From assembly GCA_964529025.1 (NCBI GenBank), contig CAZGUZ010000002.1, positions 6,885-70,884 of the forward strand: a stretch of 64,000 bases of DNA, given 5' to 3'. Under the pieces are notes generated by a model. The model was not told the DNA's origin and searched no databases. It worked only from the letters and a program-made list of their open reading frames with translations. The translations under genes were made by a program, and so were the position numbers. Source of the DNA: an uncultured Candidatus Saccharibacteria bacterium. Its GTDB lineage: Bacteria; Patescibacteriota; Minisyncoccia; Phycocordibacterales; PALSA-1337. Shown one piece after another: positions 10,124-20,456 of the stretch. Positions within the stretch are counted from its first letter, which is position 1, and each line of letters starts with the position of its first letter.

Positions 10124-13100
10124 TTATATTTCTTCGATTGTTGGATTTGATACCTGGACTTGAACTTTTTGCGCGGGAGTAGTAATTTGCTGTGCTGTAA
10201 GAGAATCGTTATAAGTACATGACATTAAATACGACGTTACACGTCTACTCTGGGTCAGGGTAACAGCTACCATCTGGGATTCAGCTGCCGTATTGCGCTC
10301 ATTTGCTTCTAGGGATATCTTTCCTCCCCAGCCAGCGGGGTCATTCTGAGTGTTACTGAGAGTACAAGATGTAAATGTTCCCCCACCCTTGCGGATACTC
10401 TTAAGGGTAAACTCTTCACCATCGCGCACTGTTATTGTCTGATTATTCGCCGCAACTCCTCGAACACTTACAGCTTGAATCTTAAAGTCTGGAGTTGTTG
10501 ATGTATCAGTGGTTGAACAATCAACACCTTGTGTACAAATTGGGTCGGGCCTATCAGTTACACGTGTTGTAGGCTTAATTGTAACCGTCTGAACAAACGG
10601 AGAATTTGTCCCTGTTGGTGTACAACTTATTGTGTACGATGTTGTTACCGATGGCTTTGCAATTGATGTTGAAATCATCGTATTGTTTGCGCCAGGATTT
10701 CGCTGGGCTGGTGTAAGACTTGTTGTACCATTCCAACCATTGCCATTTTGACTATTTGATAGCGTACAACTTGTAAACTCACCATCGAACCGGCGAATTG
10801 CTCGTAGAGTTACTGGCCCATTTGCAACACTCAATATTTGATTATTGCGAGCCAAACCGAGCTCTGCTGTTTCTGCTTGAATTTCTGTAGCTGGTGAGCC
10901 ATCTTCCATAGAACATGTGCCTGAAATAATACATGATGTTGGCGTACCTGTAACACCTGGTGCCAAAGCTTCAACCTTAACATCCTCTGTTACAAGAACA
11001 TTCGTTGCTGCATCACGACAGGTAATTTGATACTGGGTTGATCCTGTTCCCTGCAATAGACTTGTTGTAAACATTGTCTTATCTTTTCCTGGGTTTCGCT
11101 GGGTATCGGTAAGAGTTGTAACATTGTTCCAACCTGTTGTTGAACGGTTATTAGTGAGCGTACAAGCGGCAAATGATCCAAGACTTCGGCGAGTTGCTGT
11201 AAGTGTAATGCTTTGACCGTTTGATATAGTAAGTGTTTGGCCATCATAAGCAGTACCTGTAAGGCCTGAAACCTGAATATCGAGGTCTGGAGCAATAAGG
11301 ACCGTCTGCACATTCACTGTCACTGATTGCACATTGGCAACAAGAGTTGTTGCATCAATACATGTAACTGTATATTGAATTGCTGCTTGTGTTGGGGCAA
11401 CATTCTGATTCAACATTGTAGCTCCGGCACCTACGTTGCGCTCAGTGCTTGAAAGAGCTGTAAGACCATTCCATCCTGTTGCATTAACTGAGTTAGTAAG
11501 TGTACATGATGAATATGTTCCAGGATTTGTCTTTGTCAAAGCAAGATTGACTGTTGTTCCCGAGACGATTGAGAGCGAACCGTTATCTCGAGCTGTTTGA
11601 CCATTTGCAGTAGCAACAAATTCATAATCAGGAACTGTTGGATCATCAGGACAATTTACTGTTTCAATACATACAGTTACAGGGTTTGTTACTCCAGTGC
11701 TTTGCGCTGCGACAGTAACTGTTTCGGTAACACTTGCTCCAGTTGCTGCATCACGACAGGTAATTTGGTACTGGGTTGTGCCAAGACCTTGAATAATATT
11801 AGTACTGAACATGCTCTGGTTAGCACTTACATTTCGCTGGGTATCGGTAAGAGTTGTAACATTGTTCCAACCTGTTATTGAACGATTGTTTGAAAGAGTA
11901 CATGAAGAAAATGATCCTCCACCTCGGCGAACTGCTCCGATAGCAACACTTTGTCCATTGAGTATCGTAATCTTTTGTCCATCAGTAGCTGTAACTGTTT
12001 GGTATGTTGCTTGAATATCAAGATCAGGAGGCACGGTGGCAACTGGAGCAAGCTTAACTGTTACACTCTGAACATTTGCTGTATTCGTACTTGTATCACG
12101 ACAGGTAATTTGGTACTGGGTTGTGGGCTGAGTTGGCGTTATTGTTCGACTCACCATAACTGCGCCGGCAGCGATGTTTCTTTGAGTATTGTTAAGTGCT
12201 ACTGTTCCACCCCAACCACTAAGGTCAGCTGAGTTCGAAAGGTCACATGAAGCAAATGAACCTGGATTTGTTCGTGTTGCAGTAAGTGTTACCGAAGATC
12301 CCGTAGGAATAGTAATTGTCTCTGGTGACTTTGCAGTAACTGTTCCTGACACAGCACTGAGTGCGTAATTAGGAATATTTGGATCATCGGGACAGTTTAC
12401 ACCTTGGGTACATACTGATACCGGTGTTTCACCTCCAATTGACGGAGCTTGATAATCAACAAAAGCAAAGCATTGCTTTGATGCAGTATTTGTTGAGTTC
12501 GTACAACTTACTGAAAGCTGTGTATCACCATTTACTGTAATATTCGTACTGCCCTCAGCGGCACCACCTGTTGCAAAACCTGAGCCTGTACATGTACTGC
12601 CAGGATTACTGTACCAATTAACAGTAACTGTTCGTGGAATTACATTAGTTGTTGCAGGAAGAGTTTCGAGAGCACAAGCCTGAGTTGGTTGTGGACATGT
12701 TGGACATTTGACTCCGTTTGATCCATCACCATCCCACTTAATCCAACCAGTTGCCGGTGATCCCCATGAATAGCCACTAAAAGAAAGCTTAGAGTTGTCA
12801 TAGGTAACACCTTGAGTTCCTTGATACCCGGGTGATTCAAAAAACTCTGAGTCAGAAAGTTTAACCCAGCCGTTCCAGCCATCAGTTCGCCCAATACCGT
12901 TAATAAAACGAGCCCAGCCAGCTACTCGGCCAGTTCCAAAGGTAAGCTGTGGTGCACAAGAAGCAAGAGTTGTGTCGCCACAACCTGTTGTATCTGCAGA
13001 GTTAAAACTGAGCCAACCCACGGTTGGTGCCCAAGCGTAACCACTCAAAACCCCAGCATCACTTACTTTAACCCCATATGCAGCCCCACCTGCACCTGAG

Positions 13101-13270
13101 TTTGAAGAGTTGAAACTAATCCAGCCAACATTAGGCGACCAAGCCCAACCTGTGAGTGGGTAATCAGCTGCTTGAGCAGTTTGCATACCTGTTCCTATGA
13201 TTGCCACAGCAAATAAGAAAGACGCAACGATAGAAACAAAACTGCCCTGCACACTTTTTATAAATTTCAT
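10124..13270 (-). CDS. Large secreted Thr/Ser/Cys-rich protein: N-terminal GWAWSxxVGWISF-type domain plus six ~120-aa repeats
   Basis: Signal peptide; GWAWSPNVGWISF/GYAWAPTVGWLSF/GYSWGSPATGWI motifs; six repeats with CxL(S/T)N..GW..(Q/E)RN..Yx(I/V/M)xC. Confidence 0.85.
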   Translation of the reverse strand: MKFIKSVQGSFVSIVASFLFAVAIIGTGMQTAQAADYPLTGWAWSPNVGWISFNSSNSGAGGAAYGVKVSDAGVLSGYAWAPTVGWLSFNSADTTGCGDTTLASCAPQLTFGTGRVAGWARFINGIGRTDGWNGWVKLSDSEFFESPGYQGTQGVTYDNSKLSFSGYSWGSPATGWIKWDGDGSNGVKCPTCPQPTQACALETLPATTNVIPRTVTVNWYSNPGSTCTGSGFATGGAAEGSTNITVNGDTQLSVSCTNSTNTASKQCFAFVDYQAPSIGGETPVSVCTQGVNCPDDPNIPNYALSAVSGTVTAKSPETITIPTGSSVTLTATRTNPGSFASCDLSNSADLSGWGGTVALNNTQRNIAAGAVMVSRTITPTQPTTQYQITCRDTSTNTANVQSVTVKLAPVATVPPDLDIQATYQTVTATDGQKITILNGQSVAIGAVRRGGGSFSSCTLSNNRSITGWNNVTTLTDTQRNVSANQSMFSTNIIQGLGTTQYQITCRDAATGASVTETVTVAAQSTGVTNPVTVCIETVNCPDDPTVPDYEFVATANGQTARDNGSLSIVSGTTVNLALTKTNPGTYSSCTLTNSVNATGWNGLTALSSTERNVGAGATMLNQNVAPTQAAIQYTVTCIDATTLVANVQSVTVNVQTVLIAPDLDIQVSGLTGTAYDGQTLTISNGQSITLTATRRSLGSFAACTLTNNRSTTGWNNVTTLTDTQRNPGKDKTMFTTSLLQGTGSTQYQITCRDAATNVLVTEDVKVEALAPGVTGTPTSCIISGTCSMEDGSPATEIQAETAELGLARNNQILSVANGPVTLRAIRRFDGEFTSCTLSNSQNGNGWNGTTSLTPAQRNPGANNTMISTSIAKPSVTTSYTISCTPTGTNSPFVQTVTIKPTTRVTDRPDPICTQGVDCSTTDTSTTPDFKIQAVSVRGVAANNQTITVRDGEEFTLKSIRKGGGTFTSCTLSNTQNDPAGWGGKISLEANERNTAAESQMVAVTLTQSRRVTSYLMSCTYNDSLTAQQITTPAQKVQVQVSNPTIEEI
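11004..11890. repeat. Intragenic 738-bp-period duplication
   Basis: 45 identical bp at 11094-11138 and 11832-11876; GTTGCTGCATCACGACAGGTAATTTG at 11004 and 11742. Confidence 0.85.
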
Positions 13271-13360
13271 ACTACGTGGGGTTATAAAGATACGTGAATA
13301 ATTAAACTAATTATAGCACCCATCACTTACAAAAAACCTATACTATCCACAAGTATCAAC

Positions 13361-13386
13361 AAAAAACCGCCTTTGCTGGCGGCTTT
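13361..13386 (-). terminator. Intrinsic terminator after micro-ORF
   Basis: Minus strand CCGCC-AGCAAA-GGCGG-TTTTTT. Confidence 0.75.
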
Positions 13387-13395
13387 CTGTTTGTA

Positions 13396-13449
13396 TTATT
13401 TTACCTGCTCTGGCTGAGGAGCCGGAGCTGGCTTCTTTGGTTCTGCCAT
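13396..13449 (-). CDS. Putative 17-aa microprotein MAEPKKPAPAPQPEQVK
   Basis: ATG after AU-rich stretch, upstream TATACT promoter element, terminator directly downstream. Confidence 0.45.
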   Translation of the reverse strand: MAEPKKPAPAPQPEQVK

Positions 13450-13699
13450 AGTTTTATTATTATATATAACTCCCCGTGCGCACAGGAAGATGGATATTGC
13501 TATCCATGTCCTAAGTATACCTTTCGCCCTGCGAAGTAAGTGTAATTACCACAATCATAGACATTTTGTCAAAGTTATAATCTGTTTTAAGCCTTTGTTA
13601 AGGTCTACCCTGGACGCCTGCTCCATGTGGTGTAATAAGGACATGAAATGAGGCTTATAGTCAATGTTTAATTTATCTTTTTCGATATACAATATCGCT

Positions 13700-15223
13700 A
13701 TGAATAAGAATACACACCCTCAACAAACAATGTTAATCGTTCTCGATGGCTGGGGCTATCGCGAAGTTGCACAAGATAATGCAATTATGGCTTCTACAAC
13801 TCCACATTTTGATGCTGCATGGAAAAAGTATCCTCATAGTCTGCTCGCAGCTTCTGGCCTTGCAGTTGGGCTTCCTGAAGGCCAAATGGGTAATAGCGAA
13901 ATAGGTCATTCAACAATTGGTGCTGGTACTGTTATCGATACTGACCTTGTTCGTATCGGAAAAGCAATTGATTCAGGTGAATACGAAAAGAATCCTGCTT
14001 TCACTGCCCTTTTTGATCATGTTAAAAAGAATAACTCGACACTCCATGTTCAAGGGCTTGTTTCGACCGGTGGCGTACACAGTCACCAAGATCACCTTTT
14101 TGCTTTTCTTAAAGCAGCAAAGAAAGCGGGAATCCCTCGAGTTGCAATTCACGTATTTACTGATGGTCGCGACACTGGACCACAAACTGCTGGTCACTAT
14201 ATAGCAAGCCTCGAGGCAGTGCTCCACGAAATCGGTATTGGTTTTATCGCTTCTGTTTCTGGTCGTTTCTATGCCATGGACCGCGACAATAACTGGGACC
14301 GCCTACAAAAGGTAGAACAAGCCATTTTTGAATGTAAAGGTAATGTGTGTACGCTTAGACCTTCAGAGTACGTAAATAATTTGTACAAAGAAGGAAAGCT
14401 CGATGAACATCTTGAACCAATTGTGTGTCTTGGTGATGATGGTAAAGGCTGTGCAATTGCCGATAATGATGGAGTTTTCTTCTTTAACTTTAGATCAGAC
14501 CGTGCGCGCATGCTTTCTTCAAAACTTCTTGAAAAGCAACACAAAAACAATATTTGCTTTGTAACTCTTACCGAATACAGTGCAGAATTTAAATGTCTTG
14601 TTGCTTTCCCTCCTATAAAGATCGAGACGACTCTTGCTGCCGAAATTTCAAAACAAGGATTTACTCAAGCACACATTGCCGAAACCGAAAAGTTTCCTCA
14701 TGCAACATATTTCTTGAATGGTGGTCAGGAAAAGCCCTATCCAGGTGAAAAACATATTATGCTCGATAGTCGCAAAGATGTTCCTACGCACGATTTAGCA
14801 CCTAAAATGCGAGCCGAGGGAATTGCCGACAAAGCCATTGAGGAAATAAATGCCGGTACTGATTTTATATTCATTAACTTTGCAAATCCTGATATGGTGG
14901 GCCACACAGCCAATGTCCCTGCTATTATCGAAGCAGTTGAAGAAGTTGATAAGCAACTCGGCCGTGTTCTTGAAGCTCTTAATGCTCGTGGTGGCGTAGC
15001 GTTTATTACCGCCGATCACGGTAATGCAGAACTTAACGTTGATCCTGAAACTGGCAAAAAGCACACTGCGCACACAACAAACCCAGTTCCTGCAATACTT
15101 ACATCATCAACATTACACCTTAAAGGCCATGGTGGTCTTGCAGATATTGCTCCAACAATACTCAATATCATGAATATCCCCCAGCCTTCATGCATGAAAG
15201 GCACTTCGCTTCTTAAAGCATAG
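13700..15223 (+). CDS. gpmI: 2,3-bisphosphoglycerate-independent phosphoglycerate mutase
   Basis: LIVLDGWG, GQMGNSEIGH, GRFYAMDRD, NPDMVGHT, TADHGN. Confidence 0.98.
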   Translation: MNKNTHPQQTMLIVLDGWGYREVAQDNAIMASTTPHFDAAWKKYPHSLLAASGLAVGLPEGQMGNSEIGHSTIGAGTVIDTDLVRIGKAIDSGEYEKNPAFTALFDHVKKNNSTLHVQGLVSTGGVHSHQDHLFAFLKAAKKAGIPRVAIHVFTDGRDTGPQTAGHYIASLEAVLHEIGIGFIASVSGRFYAMDRDNNWDRLQKVEQAIFECKGNVCTLRPSEYVNNLYKEGKLDEHLEPIVCLGDDGKGCAIADNDGVFFFNFRSDRARMLSSKLLEKQHKNNICFVTLTEYSAEFKCLVAFPPIKIETTLAAEISKQGFTQAHIAETEKFPHATYFLNGGQEKPYPGEKHIMLDSRKDVPTHDLAPKMRAEGIADKAIEEINAGTDFIFINFANPDMVGHTANVPAIIEAVEEVDKQLGRVLEALNARGGVAFITADHGNAELNVDPETGKKHTAHTTNPVPAILTSSTLHLKGHGGLADIAPTILNIMNIPQPSCMKGTSLLKA

Positions 15224-15226
15224 CTC

Positions 15227-16498
15227 TTAGCTTCTCCAGCTTGCACCCGATGAAATAATTCGTGTTGCGAGTATCATAAGTGCTACCCAGCAAGTTCCTA
15301 AAGCAAAAGCTCCTATTACATCTGATAGCCAGTGCACATTGAGGATGACTCGTAATGATCCCGAGAATATTGCTGCTCCAATACAAGCAATTACAAAAGA
15401 GTCGCGCACATAACGATTCTTGATTTTGCGAACGTATACAACAATAAGGATTCCAAAGAAAAGTGTTGCCGCCATTGCATGTCCACTTGGAAAGCTATAA
15501 TCCGAAAGTGGTACATATGCTTCAAATGGACGCTCTCGCTCAACAAGTAACTTAAACGACGTATTGAGTAAAAGACCTCCACCCATCGACATAACAATAA
15601 AAAACATCTTCTTAAACTTAAGCCTGATGAGCTGATAACCAGCAAGAATAAGGGCTCCTGAAGCAAAAACTACAGGGCTGAGTATAAGCGTACATACGCT
15701 TGCTATATAAGTAACCATTTGCCAATAGTTATATTGCGAATTATGAAGTACCCACAAGGCTATTTGAGCATCTGCTCGAGCAAGTACCGTGTGCGAAGAA
15801 AAAGCATCTTGAATAATTACTCCAAACACCACAATTGAAATTACCGAAATAATGAGGGCTAGAGCGTGGTATGCATCAAAGATATGCTTGCGAGTATTTA
15901 CATAGCGATACCCCCAAATGAAAAGACCTGCGGCAGTAACTGTTGCAGCAATAGCAGAACCAATATAGGTTCCAATAGCTTGGTAACTTGCACCAAAAAG
16001 ATATCCTCCAAATACCATAACGAGTGACCAGAGTGTTGCTCCAATAAAATCGTATGGCCAAAATAGTTTGTGCGGCACATTAGTTACACCAGCAAAAAAT
16101 GGTATGAGTGATCGAGTAATTGGATTATAGCGAGCAAATATAATTGCTTTACCACTATGCTTTCTAATAATTGCTTCTGTTTTTGCAATATGAGCATCGG
16201 TTACAAAAAAATATCGTTTTACGAGCGAAATAAACTGCAGCCCCACTTTGCGACCAAGAATATAGCCGACAATATCGCCAACCATCGAGCATACAGTAAC
16301 GAGAGCAACAATATATGGTAACTTAAAGTATCCTGCATGAGCCAAGAAGCCGGCAAGGACCACCATTGATTGTCCTGGAACCGCTGTTCCAATCATGGGC
16401 AAGCCCTCGATAAGAGTTCCTAAAGCCAAAATTGTATAGCCCCCTTTTGCTACGATTACTTGAAGATTTTGTACTAAAGGGATAATAAGTTCATTCAT
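15227..16498 (-). CDS. Bifunctional DedA / PAP2 phosphatase membrane protein
   Basis: DedA region (GDIVGYILGR...IIFARY); PAP2 motifs KLLVERERP, SFPSGH, RVILNVHWLSDV. Confidence 0.9.
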   Translation of the reverse strand: MNELIIPLVQNLQVIVAKGGYTILALGTLIEGLPMIGTAVPGQSMVVLAGFLAHAGYFKLPYIVALVTVCSMVGDIVGYILGRKVGLQFISLVKRYFFVTDAHIAKTEAIIRKHSGKAIIFARYNPITRSLIPFFAGVTNVPHKLFWPYDFIGATLWSLVMVFGGYLFGASYQAIGTYIGSAIAATVTAAGLFIWGYRYVNTRKHIFDAYHALALIISVISIVVFGVIIQDAFSSHTVLARADAQIALWVLHNSQYNYWQMVTYIASVCTLILSPVVFASGALILAGYQLIRLKFKKMFFIVMSMGGGLLLNTSFKLLVERERPFEAYVPLSDYSFPSGHAMAATLFFGILIVVYVRKIKNRYVRDSFVIACIGAAIFSGSLRVILNVHWLSDVIGAFALGTCWVALMILATRIISSGASWRS

Positions 16499-16499
16499 A

Positions 16500-17933
16500 T
16501 TAAAATAGACTTTTCTTTGAAGAATATGCGTCAATATACGCTTGAGCATTTATTTTAGCACGAACTCCCTTTTCGCTCATATAGCGAATAAGGCCAAAAA
16601 TTTTACGATTAAACCAAGGCCTATCATGGAGACCTGCAATAGACCATAGTATACCCACGTAGCCATTAGGATCCCTGCCATCAAGTTCATAGGTATCATT
16701 GAGCTTAATTGCATATTCAATTGCTTGTTCGGGGCTTTCTGTCCACTCTAAAATCTTCTTTGCCCAATACATGCGCATATACCCTGCCATTTTGCCCCGT
16801 ATAAGCATTTCATTTTGCGCAGCATTCCACAATTCATCGTGCGTTCCTGCATCACGCAATTGTTCATACGTATAGGTATAATCACGCTTGTCTTTTATAT
16901 GATTACGCAGGGTTTCTTGTGCCCACGTTGGAGCACCGCGAAGAGAATCATAGTCAGGATTATAAAAGCAAAAATTATCAGAGAGCTCGCGGCGTACTAC
17001 AATTTCATCAAAGAAAGTCCCCCTGGAAAGTTCTTTAAGGGTTAACTTTTGAGTAAGACATTGAACTGCGTACTGGGCGCTTATTTGTCCAAAATGAAGA
17101 TACGGAGAAAGGTTCGATTGACCTTGTACACTTGGTTCATTACGTACATCTGCATATTTCTTAAAACCCTGCTCAACAAAGTTTTGCAAAACCTTGTGAG
17201 CCGCTTGTGCACCAGGAATAATCCAATCAACAGGACCAACCTCGGTCGAAACTGTACATGAAGATCGGACCTTATCCCAATCAATTGGCGAATGGATGGA
17301 GTGTTTATTATGCCCCGCCAAATGTTTGCCCTTGCTCTTATTTGAATACACGTCCGAGACTTTGGGAAATGGCACAAAAAACTCTTTCATATGTTCTGCA
17401 AGCTTTGGTCTAAAGGTGCGAGCAGCAAATTCTTGCTTTGGCGAAGCAAGCCACGTAGGAACAATATTATGTGCATCAACTTCGATACAAGGAACATTAC
17501 GAGTTGACTCTCGTGTATGCAAAAAATCTACAACTTGTTTTTTCCACTGTCGTGATATTTTAAGTGGCGAGAAATCTGTTACCAAAGCCCCGTACTTACT
17601 TTGTGCCAATGTATCAGCAATACACTCGGGCGGATTTCCTTGCAGAAGGATAAAATTAATACCGAGTTCTTGTGCTCTTTTTTCTACCTCTTCGAGGCCT
17701 TTAAGCATAAAATCATAGTGGCGCATTGTTGCACCTAAAAATGTTGGTGCGAGGGCAAAAACAATATCAAGATGCGTACCTGATTGCTCTGCAAGTTCTG
17801 CAGCATACACAAGGGCCCAGTTGTGGTCAATACGCTGATCACGGCTCATCCAGTACATAACCGGACCTTGTACTGTCTGGGGTATTGTATGTGCTGAGAG
17901 CATTCGAGCCCTTCGAGACAGACTTTGATTCAT
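16500..17933 (-). CDS. phrB: Class II CPD DNA photolyase
   Basis: YWMSRDQRIDHNWAL, LSPYLHFGQIS, RRELSDNFC, GYMRMYWAKKILEWT, LDGRDPNG. Confidence 0.95.
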   Translation of the reverse strand: MNQSLSRRARMLSAHTIPQTVQGPVMYWMSRDQRIDHNWALVYAAELAEQSGTHLDIVFALAPTFLGATMRHYDFMLKGLEEVEKRAQELGINFILLQGNPPECIADTLAQSKYGALVTDFSPLKISRQWKKQVVDFLHTRESTRNVPCIEVDAHNIVPTWLASPKQEFAARTFRPKLAEHMKEFFVPFPKVSDVYSNKSKGKHLAGHNKHSIHSPIDWDKVRSSCTVSTEVGPVDWIIPGAQAAHKVLQNFVEQGFKKYADVRNEPSVQGQSNLSPYLHFGQISAQYAVQCLTQKLTLKELSRGTFFDEIVVRRELSDNFCFYNPDYDSLRGAPTWAQETLRNHIKDKRDYTYTYEQLRDAGTHDELWNAAQNEMLIRGKMAGYMRMYWAKKILEWTESPEQAIEYAIKLNDTYELDGRDPNGYVGILWSIAGLHDRPWFNRKIFGLIRYMSEKGVRAKINAQAYIDAYSSKKSLF

Positions 17934-18042
17934 ACATTTAGTATACACTAAAGTTATACACAGAGTTATGAAATAGTTCTCAATTTTTTATTACTTTTAC
18001 TATCGACGATTAGGCTCGTTTTTACTATGATTATTCTATACT

Positions 18043-18717
18043 ATGAAAGTCCTGATTATCGACGACGATGTTGAATTACTCGAATTCTTGCATGCAGCAT
18101 TTATTCACGAAGGATGGCAATGTGATACTGCTTTTGATGGCCAAAAAGGATCATTTATGGCTCGGTCTAATGCATATGATTGTATTCTTCTAGACTACAA
18201 TATTCCCAAACGTAAAGGCGATGCTGTATGCAGTGAAATCAGAGATACCGGCAAGTACACACCAATAATGGTAATTAGTTCAATTGATGAAACGCCAACG
18301 AAAGTTCAACTACTCAATTTAGGCGCTGACGATTATGTTACAAAGCCGCTCGACTATAGCGAAATTGTTGCCCGAGTTAAAGCCTTAATTCGTAGACCAC
18401 CAACGCTTGAACAAGATATGGTTCATATAGGTGAACTCGCTATTGATATGAATCGCCAAACAGTAACGTATAACAAAAAGGGCGTATACCTTACTAAAAA
18501 GGAATACGGCCTTCTTGAATATTTAGTACGCAATCGAGGCACAATTGTCTCGCGCGGTATGATTATGGACCATGTATGGAATTCCGAGAGCGATCCATTT
18601 TCCAACACCATTGAAGCCCATGTACGCAACGTCCGTAAAAAACTTACTGAAGCCGGAGCTCTAAATATTATTAAAAATATTCCAGGCCGAGGCTATTCAA
18701 TTGGCTATGAAATATAA
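18043..18717 (+). CDS. OmpR/PhoB family response regulator (no adjacent kinase)
   Basis: Receiver (LIIDDD, LLD, GADDYVTKP) plus winged helix (LTKKEYGLL, IEAHVRNVRKKL, GRGY). Confidence 0.93.
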   Translation: MKVLIIDDDVELLEFLHAAFIHEGWQCDTAFDGQKGSFMARSNAYDCILLDYNIPKRKGDAVCSEIRDTGKYTPIMVISSIDETPTKVQLLNLGADDYVTKPLDYSEIVARVKALIRRPPTLEQDMVHIGELAIDMNRQTVTYNKKGVYLTKKEYGLLEYLVRNRGTIVSRGMIMDHVWNSESDPFSNTIEAHVRNVRKKLTEAGALNIIKNIPGRGYSIGYEI

Positions 18718-18728
18718 TTACCGTGTTT

Positions 18729-19442
18729 TTACTTTGCCACAACAGTAACTTTCTTCATTGCTGGAGGTGTCTGTGGTCTATCTTCATAGTCTGTTTGCAA
18801 AGCAGCAATTGCATCTACAACTTCGATACCCTTAATGACACGGCCGAATATTGTGTATTTATGATCAAGCGGATAGTCTGCATGCATAATAAAGAACTGG
18901 CTTCCATTAGTATTTGAACCAGCATTTGCCATTGCTACTGTGCCCCGCTTATATCCATTTTTGTATGATTCTGTAGTTGGTGAAAGCTCATCAGCAAAAC
19001 GGTATTCTGGACCACCGCGGCCTGTTCCTGTTGGATCACCGCCTTGAATCATGAAGCCAGGAATTACTCGATGGAAAATTACATTGTCATAAAAACCTGC
19101 TTTAGCAAGAGCGACAAAATTTGCTGTTGCTAGTGGAGCATCATTGTCATATGTCTCAATCACAATTGTTCCGAGCGTTGTTTCGATCGTAACAGTATGT
19201 GTACCATTTGGTAAAAGTTTTTCTGGGCGAACTGGTGCTGTTGGTTTCATAGTACTTTTAATTGGTTGTTGATTCTGAGTACTTGTACTCGTTGTAGCAA
19301 CAACATTATTATCTTTAATTATTACAGGAATAGCATTTGTATTGTCTACAGGCTGCACTCCTCGTTGTGACCTAGAATACATGTAGAGGCCGCCAAGTGC
19401 AAGAATACATACAAGGGCAATGATATGTGTACGTGTAAGCAT
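18729..19442 (-). CDS. Cyclophilin-type peptidyl-prolyl isomerase with N-terminal membrane anchor
   Basis: FHRVIPGFMIQGGDPTGTGRGGP, AMANAG, NGSQFFI. Confidence 0.95.
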   Translation of the reverse strand: MLTRTHIIALVCILALGGLYMYSRSQRGVQPVDNTNAIPVIIKDNNVVATTSTSTQNQQPIKSTMKPTAPVRPEKLLPNGTHTVTIETTLGTIVIETYDNDAPLATANFVALAKAGFYDNVIFHRVIPGFMIQGGDPTGTGRGGPEYRFADELSPTTESYKNGYKRGTVAMANAGSNTNGSQFFIMHADYPLDHKYTIFGRVIKGIEVVDAIAALQTDYEDRPQTPPAMKKVTVVAK

Positions 19443-19454
19443 ACGAGTATTTTA

Positions 19455-20453
19455 CTATATTTGCTCAGCAAGGTTAATAAGAAGAGGAATCACCTTTTCG
19501 CGAGCATCTGCAATAGAACACTCTAAAAAGCACCCTGCTGCTTGCTTATGGCCACCACCACCTAATTCGGCAGCAACCTTGCTTACATCATACTTACTAC
19601 CATCAGAAGATCGTAGACTAACTTTAACTTTCATATGACCCTCTTCGACAAAGCCAGCAGAAATATGAGTACCCTTAACTAAACGCAAAACGCCTGCAAT
19701 ATAACTTGCTGAAGTTTTTTCATCAGGGATTTCGTACTTCTTTAACTCTTCGTGCGAAACCCAGCTCGCCATGACCTTTCCCCCAGCAAAAGATGTTGTA
19801 TTTGCTAAAGCAAGTGACTGGAAAGCAATATCGTGTACAGTAAGCTGCCGTTCAAAAACATCGAGTACTGCCGAAATTAAAGGGGCATGCTCACGGCATG
19901 AAGCCGCAGCTCGCAATGTTGCCCCAGAGCACGAAGCATACTTAAAGCCTCCTGTATCGGTATACATTCCAATAAACAAAAGTGTTGCTCGTTCTGGTGT
20001 TATTTTTTCTCCCCAGGCTTGTGCTAAGTCATAGACCATATGCGCGCAAGCTGGATAGGTGGCATCAACCCAATTGTATGTACCATAGCCAGCGTTTGAA
20101 GCATGATGATCGATAACAATAACATCAAGATTCTCGGGAAATTTTCCATCGAAACTTCTTGATATCATTTGCGGTGCTGAACTATCGAGCGATACATAAC
20201 AATCAAAATCGAGCAAAGAGACATCTGCAAGTTTTGCATGAGTCAACATTGAGCTTAGGGGCAGGCTTGCCAAGCTATCAGGCAGTGGAGAATCCCCTGT
20301 TATTACCGTCACTTCTTTGCCCCATCCTTGAATAATGTTTGCCAAAGTTACCGTTGAGCCGTAACTATCTGCATCAGGACTTGGATGCAAGTGCATTAAA
20401 ACCTTACGCTTTTTACTCAGAATATCTCGAATTTTTTCGGCATTATTATGCAT
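19455..20453 (-). CDS. DHH/DHHA1 phosphoesterase (NrnA-like)
   Basis: HPSPDADSYGS, IDHH, DTGGF, GGGGHKQAAG. Confidence 0.92.
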   Translation of the reverse strand: MHNNAEKIRDILSKKRKVLMHLHPSPDADSYGSTVTLANIIQGWGKEVTVITGDSPLPDSLASLPLSSMLTHAKLADVSLLDFDCYVSLDSSAPQMISRSFDGKFPENLDVIVIDHHASNAGYGTYNWVDATYPACAHMVYDLAQAWGEKITPERATLLFIGMYTDTGGFKYASCSGATLRAAASCREHAPLISAVLDVFERQLTVHDIAFQSLALANTTSFAGGKVMASWVSHEELKKYEIPDEKTSASYIAGVLRLVKGTHISAGFVEEGHMKVKVSLRSSDGSKYDVSKVAAELGGGGHKQAAGCFLECSIADAREKVIPLLINLAEQI

Positions 20454-20456
20454 ATA

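Noticed and set aside
10124-13270. DGR variable/template repeat pair within the surface protein
   Set aside because: Duplications are in-frame domain repeats, differences are not adenine-restricted, and no reverse transcriptase is in the window.
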